The notes below the pieces were generated by a model. That model had not been told where the DNA came from and did not search any database. It worked only from the letters and a program-made list of their open reading frames with translations. Below, in pieces: positions 21,235-35,500 of a stretch of DNA of 64,000 nt. Source of the stretch: Ptychomitrium polyphyllum (lineage: Eukaryota); contig OZ316776.1 in NCBI GenBank assembly GCA_973851085.1, forward strand, positions 1-64,000, written 5' to 3'. The stretch's first letter is position 1. Each line of letters begins with the position of its first letter. A program made the position numbers and the translations under genes.

Positions 21235-24200
21235 TGTCGCGCACCTTGCCCTGAGGAGTGTCCACAACACTAAGGGCACAAGGGGGATCCCAAAGTGACG
21301 TCCGGGACTTGTGGCGCCGATAGTGAGGAGAACCAAGTGGGCCTAACATGGGAAGGACCCCTAGGGGGAAAAACATCCTTGTCCATGTAGATCGAGGGCC
21401 ACGGGAGATAAATTGTGGGCATTAAAGGAATCATGAAGAACTAATTCTAGAATGCTAAGGATTGCCCAAATCGGACATGGGAGCTAAAAGTTATGGCACC
21501 CCAAAGTTAGGGTTGCCAAGGGGCTGTTCTGGAGTGTGGCAGCCCTACACAGTGACTGTGCTGGAGTGGAATAGTCCAGGGAGGGACTCCCCGGGAGTCC
21601 TGAACCTTGGGAGAGGCGTATCTCCCACAATACTAACTCAAATCGGACGTTTGAAGAGTCTATCGGCATCTACGCAAAGAGTAGATGACGATAGAGTGGT
21701 TGCTCGATACATTCGGCCAGCAAATGAGGAATATATGGCGCCCTAAAGGTCCGCTAGGAGTCTCGGAGGCTTCCAGCGACTAAGTCCCAAGGGAGATCGG
21801 GTGGTCTTCCAAAACTCTAGGTGTGTCGGGGTTCAGCTAGCTCCAGAGGGCCAGGGGGCCTGCCAAATCCCACAGAGAGTACTATAGGGGAGGGCTGGTC
21901 CCCCTCCCCACTCCCCTAGTGTCCCGGTAGAGACCAAGGGTGAGTCCCGGTTGGTGGAACTAGTGTTGGGGCTTCACCACGGGGACTCCCACACCATTGT
22001 GAGCCGGTGGATGGCCGGGTTCACGAAGGGAACTAGCACGTTCAAAAGGGTACGCTTGTTACCACTAAATTGGGGTGATGTCTTCACGTCGGCGCCATGA
22101 TGGCCCGGGGTGATCTTAGGATCACTTGGACATTATGAATGGTGGTGAGGAGACACCACTAAGTGCGGTTAGGCCGTGTGGAATGGGAGTAACATCAAGT
22201 GAGGCCTTGGACATGAATGGAAGTCCGCACCTAACCATTGGCTACTAATAAATTGGGTGTCCTAAGAGAGTTGGTAGAAAGACTTGGAAAGTGAGAATGG
22301 GGGTTAACCATGTGCATGTGGGAGTGTACAGGGTTGATGCGCGTGACGCTTGCTAAGGTGCATTGCAGGGGTTGCGACATTTGGTATCAGAGCAGGCTTT
22401 GAGTATTCAAGTGCTACGGTGCAAGGAGGCGATGGGTAAGAAGAAAGCCGGTGATGGCGGTGAGCCCGGGGCCTCTAAATGACCACGCACAAGGGAGAAC
22501 AAAGACTCCAATCCGATTATTGAGGCTCCATCCTCTGATTCCAATGAGCAAGGGAATGACATTGGAGTCACCGAGGAAGTTGAGGAAACTCAACAAGACA
22601 AAGCGTTAGAGGGCGGAGAATACTCAGGAGCTAGGATTCCTGAGCCACATGAAGGCCTAAAAAGTCAAAATCCTGACTTGAGTTTTTGCATGAAAATGCT
22701 TGAGTTCATGGACGGTGTGAACCAAGAACTCAAGCGTGGCAAAGAAGAAAGGACTCGTCAATAGAGGTTGATTGAGCACTTGATGGCACAAAGTTCTAGG
22801 TCCTCATCTTCGACCAAGAAGTTGGCTAAGCTAAACATGCCAAGCACTTTTTCTAGGCTAGGTAAGGCTAGGAAGGTGAAGGAGTTTCTTTTGGAAATGA
22901 ACAACTATTATGATGTTCAAAAGCCGGAGGAGGTGGACAAAGTGTCAATTGCGGGGACCTTTTTGAAAGACCATGCTCTTCAATGGTGGACAAGTAAAAA
23001 GGAGCAAGAGTCAGAGTTGGTGGCAACTTTGTCTTGGGTCAATTTTAAAGAGATCTTGAGTAAACGCTTCACTCCGGAATAACAAGAATTGAGGGAAGGC
23101 ATGAACTTGGTGCAAATGAGGCACACCGAGTCGCTCAAGACTTATGTGCGAGATTTCAACGCCCAAATGAATGCGACATTCAAAATGGATGAGTTTTCAA
23201 AGAAATGCATCTTTTTGGGTGGGCTTCAAAAATGGGTGGTAAACGCCTTGTTTAAGTTTCCAAAGCTTCCGGAGGACGTGGCGGGAATCATTAAGATTGC
23301 AGAAAGAATTGAAGCCGACGATCCCGAAAGAAAATCAAGTGGTCCCTCTCAACAAAGTGGATTGAGCCGAAATATAACTCGCGGCAGAGAACGCAAGAAA
23401 TTTGGCTTTGGAAACAAACACAAGGGACAAATAGATGGAAGGGCCTACAACAAAGTGGACCATCATGAGAGAAAACCATTCAAATCGGGAAATAAGAGTG
23501 CTGAGGTGAAGCACAAGCGTTGCCACGGGTGTAGCAAGATTGGTCACTTCATTGCGGAGTGCCCCGATAAAAAGGTGAGTACCAAAGCTTGTCACACTTG
23601 TGTTGTGGATTACATTTTAGAAGGTGGATTTGTGGCCAAAGCCAGTAGCTTTAAGCCAAGGTCGAGTCTCTTATACCTTGAGGCTCAAATAAATGGAAAA
23701 TTTGTTTCATGTTTGATTGACACAGGGGCAACGCACTCCTTCATGAGTCACAAGCTAGCAAGGGAGTTGGGCTTGTTGGCTCAAAAAGCTAATAAGCCCA
23801 TCAACGTGCGAGTTGCAAAAGGCAAACCGTACGAGACGAAGGAGGTGGTGTTGGATGTGGCCTTAAGGAGTGGAACATTGGAGTTGAAGGAAAGTTTTAC
23901 ACTATGTGAGATGGATGAAGTAGACCTCATTTTAGGTGATACCTTTTTCGAAACTCATGTGGTGGATGTGAAGCAAAAGCCAGCACGGTTAGTAGTGCGC
24001 CGTGGTGGGAAGGAGACAATATTGAAGTTGACTAGGAGTCCTATGGTTACGGGAGGCAAGTTGAACTTAGTCTCCTTAGAACAACTAGAGAATAATCAAT
24101 TTGTGATTGTGATGCGAATGGAACAAGAAGAGGGGAATAGGCCAAGTGCCAAGGAAGTTAGGACTATTCCCAAGTGCATTCAAAATGTACTAAGTGGTTA

Positions 24201-27200
24201 CAAGGATGTGCTCATCAATAAGCTGCCCGCAGAGTTACCGCCAAGAAGAGAAGTGGATCACAAAATTGAAGTGATACCGGGAACGGAGCCTTCTTCTAAG
24301 GCTCCATACCGGTTGAACCAAAATGAGCTAGAGGAGTTGAAGAAGCAATTGAATGACTTGTTGGAAAGAGGCTATGTTAGGCCAAGTAAGTCGCCATATG
24401 GAGCAGCGGTCCTCTTTGTAGACAAAAAGGATGGCAAGCTCCAAATGTGTGTCGACTATAGAGCCTTGAATAAAGCCACCATCAAGAACAACTATCCTTT
24501 GCCTCGGATTGATGACCTCTTTGATAGATTGGCGGGAGCTAAATACTTTAGTCGGATAGACTTGAAGTCGGGCTACTATCAAATCCGCATTGCGGATGAA
24601 GACGTGCCAGAGACCGCATGCCGCACTAGGTATGGGTCCTATGAATTTTTGGTGATGCCATTCGGGTTGTGTAATGCTCCTACGACCCTAAACCCTCATG
24701 AATACCATCTTTCGAGAAGAGATGGATGACTTTGTCATTGTCTATATTGATGACATCTTGGTGTACTCCAAGTCGGCGGAGAAACATGCAAGGCACCTTG
24801 AAGTGGTGCTTCAAAAACTTAGGGACCACAAGCTTTATGCCAACGGAGAAAAGAGTGAGTTTGCTCAACTTGAGATTGAGTTCCTGGGCCATATAGTGAC
24901 GGATGATGGAATCAAGCCGGACATAAGGAAGATAAAAGGCAATTAGAGAGTGGAAACAACCTTCTACACAAAAGGGGCTGAGATCATTTCTTGGCCTAGC
25001 AAATTATTATAGGAGGTTCATACGCAATTTCTCCAAAATTGCTAGACCTTTGTCCGATTTGTTGAAGAAAGGAGCTAGCCAAATATGGGATGGATTTTGT
25101 CACCAAGCTTTTCAAGAACTCAAGGATAAGTTGTCACAAGCACCGGTATTGAAGTTTTCCGAGTTTGAAAAGCCCTTTGAGGTCCACACGGATGCAAGTG
25201 ACTTTGCCATTGGCGGAGTGCTCATGCAAGAAGGCATGCCAATTGCCTATGAGAGCAAAAAATTGGATGGGTGCCAGAAGAGGTGGCCCACGCACGAGAA
25301 AGAACTCTTTGCTGTAGTGCATTGTTTGAAAACATGGCGGCACTACTTAGGCCTACATAAAACCAAAGTCTACACGGACAACGTGTCCTTGAAGTACTTT
25401 GAGTCGCAGGCACAAATGAGTGCAAACAATTGAAATGGCATGACACCTTAGCACTCATGAATGTGGATTTGATCCACAAGCCGGGGCGTGACAATGTAGT
25501 GCCGGATGCTCTAAGTAGGCGGGAGGAGTTGCAAGCGATGGGTACAATTCAAGTCCTGCGAGTAATGTACACGGGAGAAGGCAATTTGGAAAGGAAGATA
25601 AGAGAGGGGTACATGAAGGACTCCGAAGCACAAAGGCTTCTTGGCGAGCTTAAGAAGGGTAAGAAACTTAAGGAAATTAAGTTGGAGAAGGGATTGCTCA
25701 AGTACAAACAAAGTCGGGTGTATGTGCCTCAAGAAAAACTACGGTTGTTGGTATTGAAAGAAGAACACAATAGTCCCATAGCCGGCCATAGAGGGGAAAA
25801 AACCACCATAGCGGCGGTGTCAAGAAGGTACTATTGGCCGGGCATGAAAGCGGACATCACCAACTTTGTAAAAACTTGTGTGAAGTGCCAGCTGAATAGA
25901 GCTTCTTATCAAAAGCAAGCCGGTCTACTACAAACTTTGCCAATTCCGCCGAGTCCATGGCATAGCGTGTCCATGGACTTCATCACAAGTCTTCCGGATT
26001 CGCACGGGCATGATGCCATCTTTGTGATGGTGGATCGCTTTAGCAAGTTGGCGCACATGGTGCCCACTAGAGGAACCGTAACTGTACATGAGACCGCAAA
26101 GCTATTCCTCGATGCATGGTGGAAACACCACGGGTTGCCAAGAGTGATTGTATTGGACCGAGATCCAAAATTTACTAGTGCTTTTTGAAAACATTTCTTT
26201 AGGAAAGTTGGAACCAAATTGACTTTTAGCACTGCCTTCTATCCTCAAACGGATGGGCAAACGAAACGAGTGAACAGAATCTTGAACCAATACTTGAAGA
26301 ACTTTGTGAGTGCGGACCAGTGCGATTGGGTGGAATATGTGAGTCTTGCGGAGTTTGGTTACAATGCGGCCAACCATTCGGCGACAAAGCAGTTGCCATT
26401 TAAGGTGGCCTATGGAGTGGAGCCACTCCAGCCTGCCAACTTAGCTCTCGAAGGGGCACATTCAGCACTAGAATTTAACCAAGATGGTGAGGACTTGGCC
26501 AAAAAGCGGGAACAGATGTTGGAGAAGACCAAGCTTTTGTTGGAAAAGGCATAAATGCAATACGAGAAATAAGTCAATGCCGGAAGACGTGAAGTGGAGT
26601 ATGAAGTAGGCCAAAAGGTGTTGTTGAATGTAAAGAACTTTAGCTTGCCCGAAGGCCTCACTCCAAAGTTCATGTCCAAGTTTGCGGGGCCGTTTTCCAT
26701 TGTGGAGCGGATGTTTAAGGATGTGTACAAGTTGGAGCTACCACCTGAAATCAAAGTGCACCCAACATTTCATGTCTCACTCCTCAAGCCATTTAAAAAA
26801 GATACCTTGTGGCCCAATCGCAAACAAGTGATTTGGCCACCGGCGGAATTGGTAGGCGACCACTTGGAATACGAAGTGGAAGGAATTATCAAGTGTAGGC
26901 ACCACAAGAAAGTAGGAAAAGAGTATTTGGTGAAGTGGAGAGGGTACCATGAGAAGGATGCAACTTGGGTAGCAGCCAAGGAATTGGAAAATGCCAATGA
27001 GGTGGTAGAATGCTTTGAAAGGGATAGGAACTCCAACAAAAGACAACGTTGGCATTGATGATTACATCAATCTCTTTAAGTAGGAGGAGAGTGGCTTGTA
27101 GTTATAACTTCTTCACATCATGTATTGGTTCTTTGACTTATGGCAATAAAGTTCAACTTTTGTTTGTGCAAAGAGAAGAGTATAAGATGACGTCCTAGTC

Positions 27201-28993
27201 TTGTGCTTGTGTTAAGTTGGTAGAAGAGGGGGAATAGACATGTGAAACCAAGTTGGGAAGGCCGAGTAATGGGGACCAAGGCTTAGAAGAGGAATGATTA
27301 AAACCAGGAAACCTCCTCGCCTCAGGCTTGTTCGGACGAGGACAAGGTAATGGCGCGTGCTCATAAAAGTGCCACTTCTACAAACTAACAAAAGTTAGTG
27401 CATGGGAGTCATGAACCCATGTCTCAATAAAGATAGTGGGATTCAGGTTGGGCGGAACTTGGCATTATCCTCGTGCGATCGAGTCGTGGAATAAAAGCCA
27501 CCTTGGGTTTGCAACCAAGACAACTTGGTGGAGCATTGAGGTCCAGCCTAGTCAAAAAGGAAGAGTTAGGGAAGTGTAGCCTAACTAGGGAGTGTATCCC
27601 AAGAGGGTCTCAAAGTAGGTAGGTCTAGAATAGTTTAGGGCCCCAAAGATTTTTGTCTAGGGTGCATAAACAGACCACCTCCTAAACGACACCTTTGAGC
27701 CATTGCCAAAGACTTATGAGTGCATTGTAGGGGTCGCACCCTGAATGAAACACAATGCTGCACCACTAGAGGATGGCAACCTTGGAATTGGTGTGCCGAC
27801 TACAAGTATAGTCGATGAGGGCATCGACTTTATTCGGGTGGTGGTGAGTGTCGCGCACCTCGCCCTGAGGAGTGCCCGCAACACTAAGGGCACAAGGGGG
27901 ACCTCAAAGTGACGTCCGGGACTTGTGGCGCCGATAGTGAGGAGAACCAAGTGGGCCTAACATGGGAAGGACCCCTAGGGGGAAAAACATCCTTGTCCAT
28001 GTAGATCGAGGGCCACGGGAGATAAATTGTGGGCATTAAAGGAATCATGAAGAACTAATTCTAGAATGCTAAGGATTGCCCAAATCGGACATGGGAGCTA
28101 AAAGTTATGGCACCCCAAAGTTAGGGTTGCCAAGGGGCTGTTCTGGAGTGTGGCAGCCCTACACAGTGACTGTGCTGGAGTGGAATAGTCCAGGGAGGGA
28201 CTCCCCGGGAGTCCTGAACCTTGGGAGAGGCGTATCTCCCACAATACTAACTCAAATCGGACGTTTGAAGAGTCTATCGGCATTTACGCAAAGAGTAGAT
28301 GACGATAGAGTGGTTGCTCGATACATTCGGCCAGCAAATGAGGAATATATGGCGCCCTAAAGGTCCGCTAGGAGTCTCGGAGGCTTCCAGCGACTAAGTC
28401 CCAAGGGAGATCGGGTGGTCTTCCAAAACTCTAGGTGTGTCGGGGTTCAGCTAGCTCCAGAGGGCCAGGGGGCCTGCCAAATCCCACAGAGAGTACTATA
28501 GGGGAGGGCTGGTCCCCCTCCCCACTCCCCTAGTGTCCCGGTAGAGACCAAGGGTGAGTCCCGGTTGGTAGAACTAGTGTTGGGGCTTCACCACGGGGAC
28601 TCCCACACCATTGTGAGCCGGTGGATGGCCGGGTTCACGAAGGGAACTAGCACGTTCAAAAGGGTACGCTTGTTACCACTAAATTGGGGTGATGTCTTCA
28701 CGTCGGCGCCATGATGGCCCGGGGTGATCTTAGGATCACTTGGACATTATGAATGGTGGTGAGGAGACACCACTAAGTGCGGTTAGGCCGTGTGGAATGG
28801 GAGTAACATCAAGTGAGGCCTTGGACATGAATGGAAGTCCGCACCTAACCATTGGCTACTAATAAATTGGGTGTCCTAAGAGAGTTGGTAGAAAGACTTG
28901 GAAAGTGAGAATGGGGGTTAACCATGTGCATGTGGGGGTGTACAGGGTTGATGCGCGTGACGCTTGCTAAGGTGCATTGCAAGGGTTGCGACA
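21235..28993 (+). mobile_element. Full-length Ty3/Gypsy chromovirus LTR retrotransposon (probably RLG1-like), coding region disabled
   Basis: LTRs at 21235-22379 and 27849-28993 (1145 bp each, TG...CA). tRNA-iMet PBS TGGTATCAGAGC at 22382-22393. Contains gag, a CCHC knuckle, protease LIDTGA, RT YIDD, RNase H, integrase and a chromodomain, with several stops and frameshifts. Confidence 0.98.
22700..27058 (+). pseudogene. Disrupted gag-pol polyprotein (Gag-PR-RT-RH-INT-chromodomain)
   Basis: ORF fragments 22768-23082, 23089-24729, 24698-24946, 25050-25433, 25430-26188, 26219-26554 and 26594-27058 carry the canonical motifs. Confidence 0.95.
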
Positions 28994-29759
28994 GTTTAAT
29001 TCCCAAAACCTCCAGAAGACGGTCATTTCACGCTATTCTCACAGCACCGGTGCTCACTGTTTTGGACAAGCAATCCTAAACCCTAAAACCAGCAATAATG
29101 TGTAGGAAATTCATCCATACCAAAAGTCAGAATAGCCTTGGCGGATGAACGAAAATGGTAGATGAGTTGGATGTAACTGACGTGTCTCGGCGGATGGGCT
29201 GGCAAAACCTTCGCAATACTCGTTGTGAGTGTCCGTTTCGAGGATCTCCTTTGTTTTCATGTTGTCAAGTTTGCTCAACGTCCCGCCCTGAATCTGTAGC
29301 AACTTAGGCCGAAGTTTTGGCATTGTTGTGAAGCTCAACCCCGAGGCTCACTATTCTTATTTCCTTCTCTATGGTATTAATTTGACTACTCCTACTAAAA
29401 GCGGTTGTTCTTTTCTATAACTATCATCGTCAATTCTTAGGCAATGATGGTGAACAAGATCATGAATGCAAGAGGAGTCCTCTTGCCTTCCAATTTATCT
29501 AGTGGAAAAGCAGATGTAGACAAGGGCGGTGTGCTGGACTCTTCTAATGGAAAAATCAAGCGCGTGACTTGTTAGAAACAGAAGCAACCTGTGCCGGAGA
29601 CTGAAAACGCCAAGTTGGGACTGAGGTGCAGCTAAAGGAGCTCGAATGGTGATGCTATACTAGATCCAGAGCTTTTAGGCAAGGAGACAACGAACCTCCT
29701 TGATTTCTAGTAGAATCTCAAGTCCAGCACGGTTATTATTTTTGTGGAGCCAATTTCAC

Positions 29760-30020
29760 CAGATTTAGGGTTTAGGGTTTAGGGTTTTAAGATTTAGGGT
29801 TACAGGGGTATCCTATAGGTTTATGACCTTTGTAATGCACTTTAATAGATGTCATGCACGTCAACTCTATACACCCCCATATGCACATGGTTAACCTCCA
29901 TTTTCACTCTCCAAGTACCTCTACCATTTTTCTTAGGACACTCAATTGATTGATAGCCAATAGTTAGGTGGGGACTTCCATTCATGTTGTTGGAATGGAA
30001 GTAACACCAAGTGAGACATG
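29760..30020 (-). repeat. Inverted interstitial telomere tract followed by a degenerate fragment of the same LTR family as 21235-22379
   Basis: TTTAGGG units at 29764-29801. The segment TGTAATGCAC...CCCCCATATGCACATGGTTAACC is the reverse complement of the LTR 3' end. Confidence 0.75.
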
Positions 30021-30530
30021 AATGTAAACTAGTTTATAATGTGAATAAGAGATTTTCAAAATTAGTTCTTTCTGAGCTAGTTGTGAACATGAACTTTTCT
30101 GAACCTGCTATTTTAAAGCCAGTTTTAAGTATGGATATTGGTTTTTTTTCAACCAGTTTTTTTAAGCCTGTTGTAAGTATAAACATATTCATTTATGATC
30201 TAATTTCCTTTAAGCTGCTACTAAGTGTGAACAGCACTTGTTTAAATCCAATTTACAATGTGAACCAGTGCAGTTACAAACTAGGTATTTGAGCACTTTT
30301 TTCCCATGCAAATGAGGTACCTTCATATCAAATTATTTCCTATCTATTTAATAATAAGAACATAACTATTTTCAGAATTAGGATTAAAATTTTCTTTCAT
30401 TTGAAAAACTTATATAGCATTCCTTCTTGAGGATTGCATTTACAATGCCTTATTTAATGTTTGTACACATTTTTGGCCCATTCTAAGAAGGTCAAAAATC
30501 TATAAGATGACCCTTCAACCCTAAACTCTA
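30020..30530. repeat. Diverged second copy of the 19440-20190 dispersed repeat
   Basis: Degenerate TTCTGAGCTAGTT..GTGAAC units plus an identical TTGGCCCATTCTAAGAAGGTCAAAAATCTA, followed by AACCCTAAACTCTAAA. Confidence 0.8.
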
Positions 30531-32586
30531 AAAGTAAGATGAGAATTTATTTTTTAAATGTTTAAAAATTAGTTTTAAAATCCTAAGGATTATAATTTTG
30601 ATAAAGAATCTAAAATTTATTAGATCTATTATAAATATTGATTTTTTGTACTCACACTTGAAGAAAATATGAATCTCAGATAATTAATCTATTATTATAA
30701 CATCTACTATTATATCCAATGTGCATAGCAATTTTGAACTTTTTTTCATGATATTTTAATCTTGTATATAAAAAACAAATACCAAGTATCCATCAATGCA
30801 GCACATTATCTACTTTGTGATTTATAAGAACTTATAAATGAATGCAATTGTTAACTTGCAACTTATATATTAATGCAATGAGAATGGACAATAAAAAAGT
30901 AGTTGGTTAGGCAACAAAGGCACTGGAAGATAAGAAGCCAAAGAAAGAATTTAATACACTTAAGGTTTTTATTTTGAAAAAATTCAATGGAAAGTATGAA
31001 ATATGTATCAATAAATCTATCTTCTATGCATTTATAAAAAAATTAATTTAGTAGTATTATCATGTATATAAATGATAAAAGCCACAATTCCACAAAGCAA
31101 TAGAATTGATGACTTGAAGCTTATAAAAGCATTTTATCTATGAAAAACATGCAATAGGAGATAAAAATAGAACTATTTATTGCTAAAAAAAGTGATGAGA
31201 ATGTTTAAATTGTGTGAAAGGATAAAATGATATGTATATTATATATTTCGATACTTATATTATTGAGTTTTAAAACACAACACTTATAGTATTAATATAA
31301 GCCAAATGATTTCACTTTCATATAATTATAGAGGAAGTTTTTATGTTTCTAATGTTAGAAAAAATATTGCAATAAAAATCCAAAAGCATTGCAGTTTGAT
31401 TAAAAGATTGTGATAAGATGTTTACTGGTATTATCACAAATGTAGACCTCTTCATTTTGTGCATGGATAGTATTTTGATGTGTGACAATGTTTGTCTTAA
31501 TTAGTGTGGAAAGAAAAAAAAGATATACTCAAATTATGGCATACAGATCTGGAGTGGACTACATTATCAAAGTGCAGGATGTATCAGGTTTGGGTTTAGG
31601 GTATCTATGAACATAATATTGTTTTAAATAATTGTGCCTTTGTATTCTATGTCATCAGGCCTATTTAAAGGGAGTATTTGAAGGGTTTAGTGGGGGGGGA
31701 AGGATGGTTGGCCCCCTGAGGGTGCTGAGGTAGACTCGGGCTTGAGGGGGGCTTGGGGGCTTGGGGGGAGCTTGAGGGGAGCGGGCTGTGGGCTGCTGCA
31801 AGGCTGGCATCCGGTCTCTCGGCACTGCGAGGCTGGTGCGCGGCCTCCTTTTTCTCACGGAAGGAGCGAGGGGAGCGCAGCGGAGGGCGGAGCAGAGGCT
31901 CTGTGCTCATTTCTGTTGAAACTTGACACGGACGACGCTCCGGTAGTAGCGAGGCTACAGACAAGTGACGGTACCACGCTCGTTAGCCCACCGAGGCATA
32001 ATAACACTAATAATAATATTATTATCATTATTCACGTCGTGGTCATGAGTCTCGTCGCGTGAGCCGTCCCTCGTTTGCAATTCCCTCCCCTTTTCCTTTT
32101 CTCCCGTTTCCCCCTGTCGTTGCCTGTGTTCGGCAGGGCATTTAGTGGCAGTCGCACCCCATCTCAGGCACACGCGTTTGCCAGTCCATGCCATAGCCGG
32201 GTTGGCTCTGGATCCGCGCTTTCAACGGCGAGGCGAGGCGACGTGACGCGACGCGAGGACAGCACGGCACGGCTCCAGGTTGGAGGGCGATCGGGGACAT
32301 TGCTGGTTAGGGGTGGTCTGGCAGCAATGCCTATTTAAGCGACTGCCCCGTTGAGATCCCGTTGGGCAATTTGGCTTTCTAGTTCCTAGTCCCGTGCAGC
32401 GGCGGCAGCAGCAACAGGATCAGCTGTTTTATGTTAATATAGGTCACACCACTCCACGCTGCAGATACAGGTTTGTAAGTGCAGGTGCAACACACTCCGT
32501 TTGCAAATTTAGGGCAGAGCGCCTGGTTGTGATCGTTTCAGGTGGAATCGGACTTTTGGGTTTTGGCAGCAGCACCTACTGCAGCG

Positions 32587-35500
32587 ATGGAATTCTCACA
32601 TGGTTCCCATGGTTCCTCGCATGATGGCGCGGACCACCGCCTCTTTCGGCAAATAACCCGAGACAGTGAGCGTCTTTCCCCTTTCTAAACTTGCAAGCCA
32701 CCTTAAAAGCATAACATTGATTTTCATTTTTGATGCAACGGAGGATTTTGAATCATGTGTGCTTCTGCTACATAATCTTTTGCATTCTTTCCTGGACGTG
32801 TTTTCAAGTCTAATAGCAAGGAGTGAGTGTATATGGAATCGCCAAGTAGTGGTCACGTGTGCACACAGACGATTTAATTTCGTAAGTTTCAATTGTCGAC
32901 CGGATTTCTGCTCTTCGCAAGATATTCGGTTAGACCAGCAAGCACCTCGAGCTCCCGATGGTGCCGGAGGGAGCTTTCCTAGCCCCTGCTATACCCGGCG
33001 CTAACTTTTCAATGGACTTCCAAGTTATCCCTGCCCGCAATTCTGGCGGTGCGGTGAAGTCTCGCTGATTCGTCCTTGTTGGTTTGAACGAGGCTATACT
33101 ATTCGATTGTTCTAGAGAAGTTGCTGGGCAGCAGGTAGCTCATAGACACTATTTTTGGATTCGCATCTTAGGTACTTTGCATGTTCTCACTAGACTACGT
33201 AAGCTTTGTTCTTTGAAGTCATGTCAACTTGTACTGTTGGCGAAACTGAATATCGAAGCATTTTGTCTGCTTGCTGGTAATTGTTCACGGGCCGACGAAA
33301 GTCTACACGGAAGTATTAGATCCATTTAGTCGCATTACCCTTCTAGGAAGCCGTCCCGGTATGCTTCAGATTCGTGAGGATGCCGGTCACATGGGCCGTC
33401 GAGAAATTTCTATGTATCATCGAGTATGAGAAGGCCATATTAGTTTCAGTTTTTGCCTCGAGAACTATTTTTTCACGAGATATGCGAGCAGGAGCTTAGT
33501 TAATACATATCGCAATCCCTGAATTTTAGTTGGTTGCGTCATATTGGGTTACATCTGCTTTCGTGTAGCTCGAATCAGCGAATGCTTTGAGTGTTCTGAA
33601 GTCTAAACTTGAAACATGTGCAGGGCTCTTGCAAGAGATGCTGAAGGCAGCCAGGACTGGCAAGGCATCAGCTGAATGGAAGGTTAGTGAATGTCTATAG
33701 TCATGCAAGAGAGTTTGCTTTCATCCACTGGACTCATAATGAAGAGTTGAAGGGAGTGGGGGCTAGAGATGCTATCACACCTCGTAGGGAGTGACACCTG
33801 ACTGTAAACTGGCTTAGTTCTTGCTTTTGCACCTCGCATGGCTGTTTGTAACCGTTTCGGATATTTGTGTCTGGTGGCTAATTTCCTAGCTTCCAAATTG
33901 CAGCGTGACTAAGGTTTGTTAGGTGTTTGGGGAGGTGCCTGGGGGAATAAGAAAGTAATTGTTGACAGCAAAGCAAAGCCGCCTTTGTTGCTTAAAACCT
34001 GTGCAGGTGCTTATTATGGATGAGGTGACGGTTAAAGTGATGTCATGCTCATGCAAGATGGCCGATATTACAGATGAGGGAATCTCGTGTACGTACTTCC
34101 TCCTCGAATGCTGTCGACTTCATGATGCTCCTCGTCTTCTGTATGTTAGTTCGTCGAGGAAAGGTTTAGGCGTGTAGCTGTGATGCAGAAGTAGACAGAA
34201 GGAGATCAAAACGTAAACAGTTGTCCCGGTCCTCTGTTGCAGTGGTGGAGGATTTGAACAAACGCAGGCAACCCTTACCTGCTCTTGAAGCAGTATACTT
34301 CATTCAACCATCCCATGACAGGTGATATGACCTTTCGACAATCCCGTGATGAAAACACTCCATGTTCGCTTGCGTGCCCGCTTGCTTATGCACTGATATG
34401 TTTGACACATTCACACAGCCTTTGAGAGTTGTGCATGCAAAGGAGGTGTAGGTGTTACATTTGTTGTGTCTATGAGAGTTTTATTTGATCAAAGTTTAGT
34501 ACATGCGTGTAAGGTTTATAATAGAAGCACTGAAGTTGTCCTGCTCACTCTTTTGACACGAAATGTTATTAACGTTTTCTGTACAGTGTACGAAAATTCA
34601 TGCAAGATATGTCAGGAAAATCACCCCTGTACAAGAAGTGAGTTGTCCACGACCTAGTTTTTGTGGGCAGATGTCAGTTCAGGGTTCAGAGTTTTATTTT
34701 GTTAGAATATTTACTCATGGATGGGTTGCATCAGCCGCTTCCGAACTTGACATCTTTTCAGCATCTTCGGAGTCTGAATGTAGTCATTTACTTATAAGTC
34801 GTATTGGTGTTTCTACAGTTCAAATTGTTATTAGTGATTTGATACCCTACGGAGTGGTTTTGAATATTTAGTGAGGGAAGGGCTCCTGTTTATTTTCTCA
34901 TGTTGCTCAGGTCGATTCAGGTCCAGCATCTCATGATTGTTTCGGTTTTGCTAGAGCATATGTATTTTTCAGTTCACCCATAAATCGCAACCTACTCCAA
35001 CTTATCAAGGGTGACCAGTCTGTTTTGTCCCGAGTTGGAGCGCTTAGAGAGGTAACCAAGTTTGCTCTGATAACTTTGTATTAAGATTAGCTGATTGATA
35101 GTTGAACATCAGGTAATCATTCTCATGTAAGCTTTTCAGTTTGTCCCATTGTGTCGGGGAACGTACCATTCTCTTATCGCTGCTTACTGAGATGACTGCA
35201 ATTATGCAGATGAATTTGGAGTACTTAGCCATAGACTCACAGGTATTCCACTATGGTACTCCTATTGCTTTATTAAAGAAGCTGATTTATCGAAATGTCT
35301 GCATTGTGTTTGTTCCTTGTTTCCTGAATTCCCTGTCACAGCAGGTTTGCTGAATCTGTGGACGTGTCCAAGTTTTACTGGCTTCAGTAATCTGTTTCGT
35401 CAAAGAAATTTGATGGTGGTGAGTTATTCCCTTTTGCAGGGCTTTACAACCGACAATGACATTGCCTTGGAGCAGTTGTTTGGAGAGCACAGCGAAGGCA

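Noticed and set aside
21462..21746. 94-aa ORF repeated at 28076-28360
   Set aside because: It lies inside both LTRs, so the duplication is explained by LTR identity. No recognisable domain.
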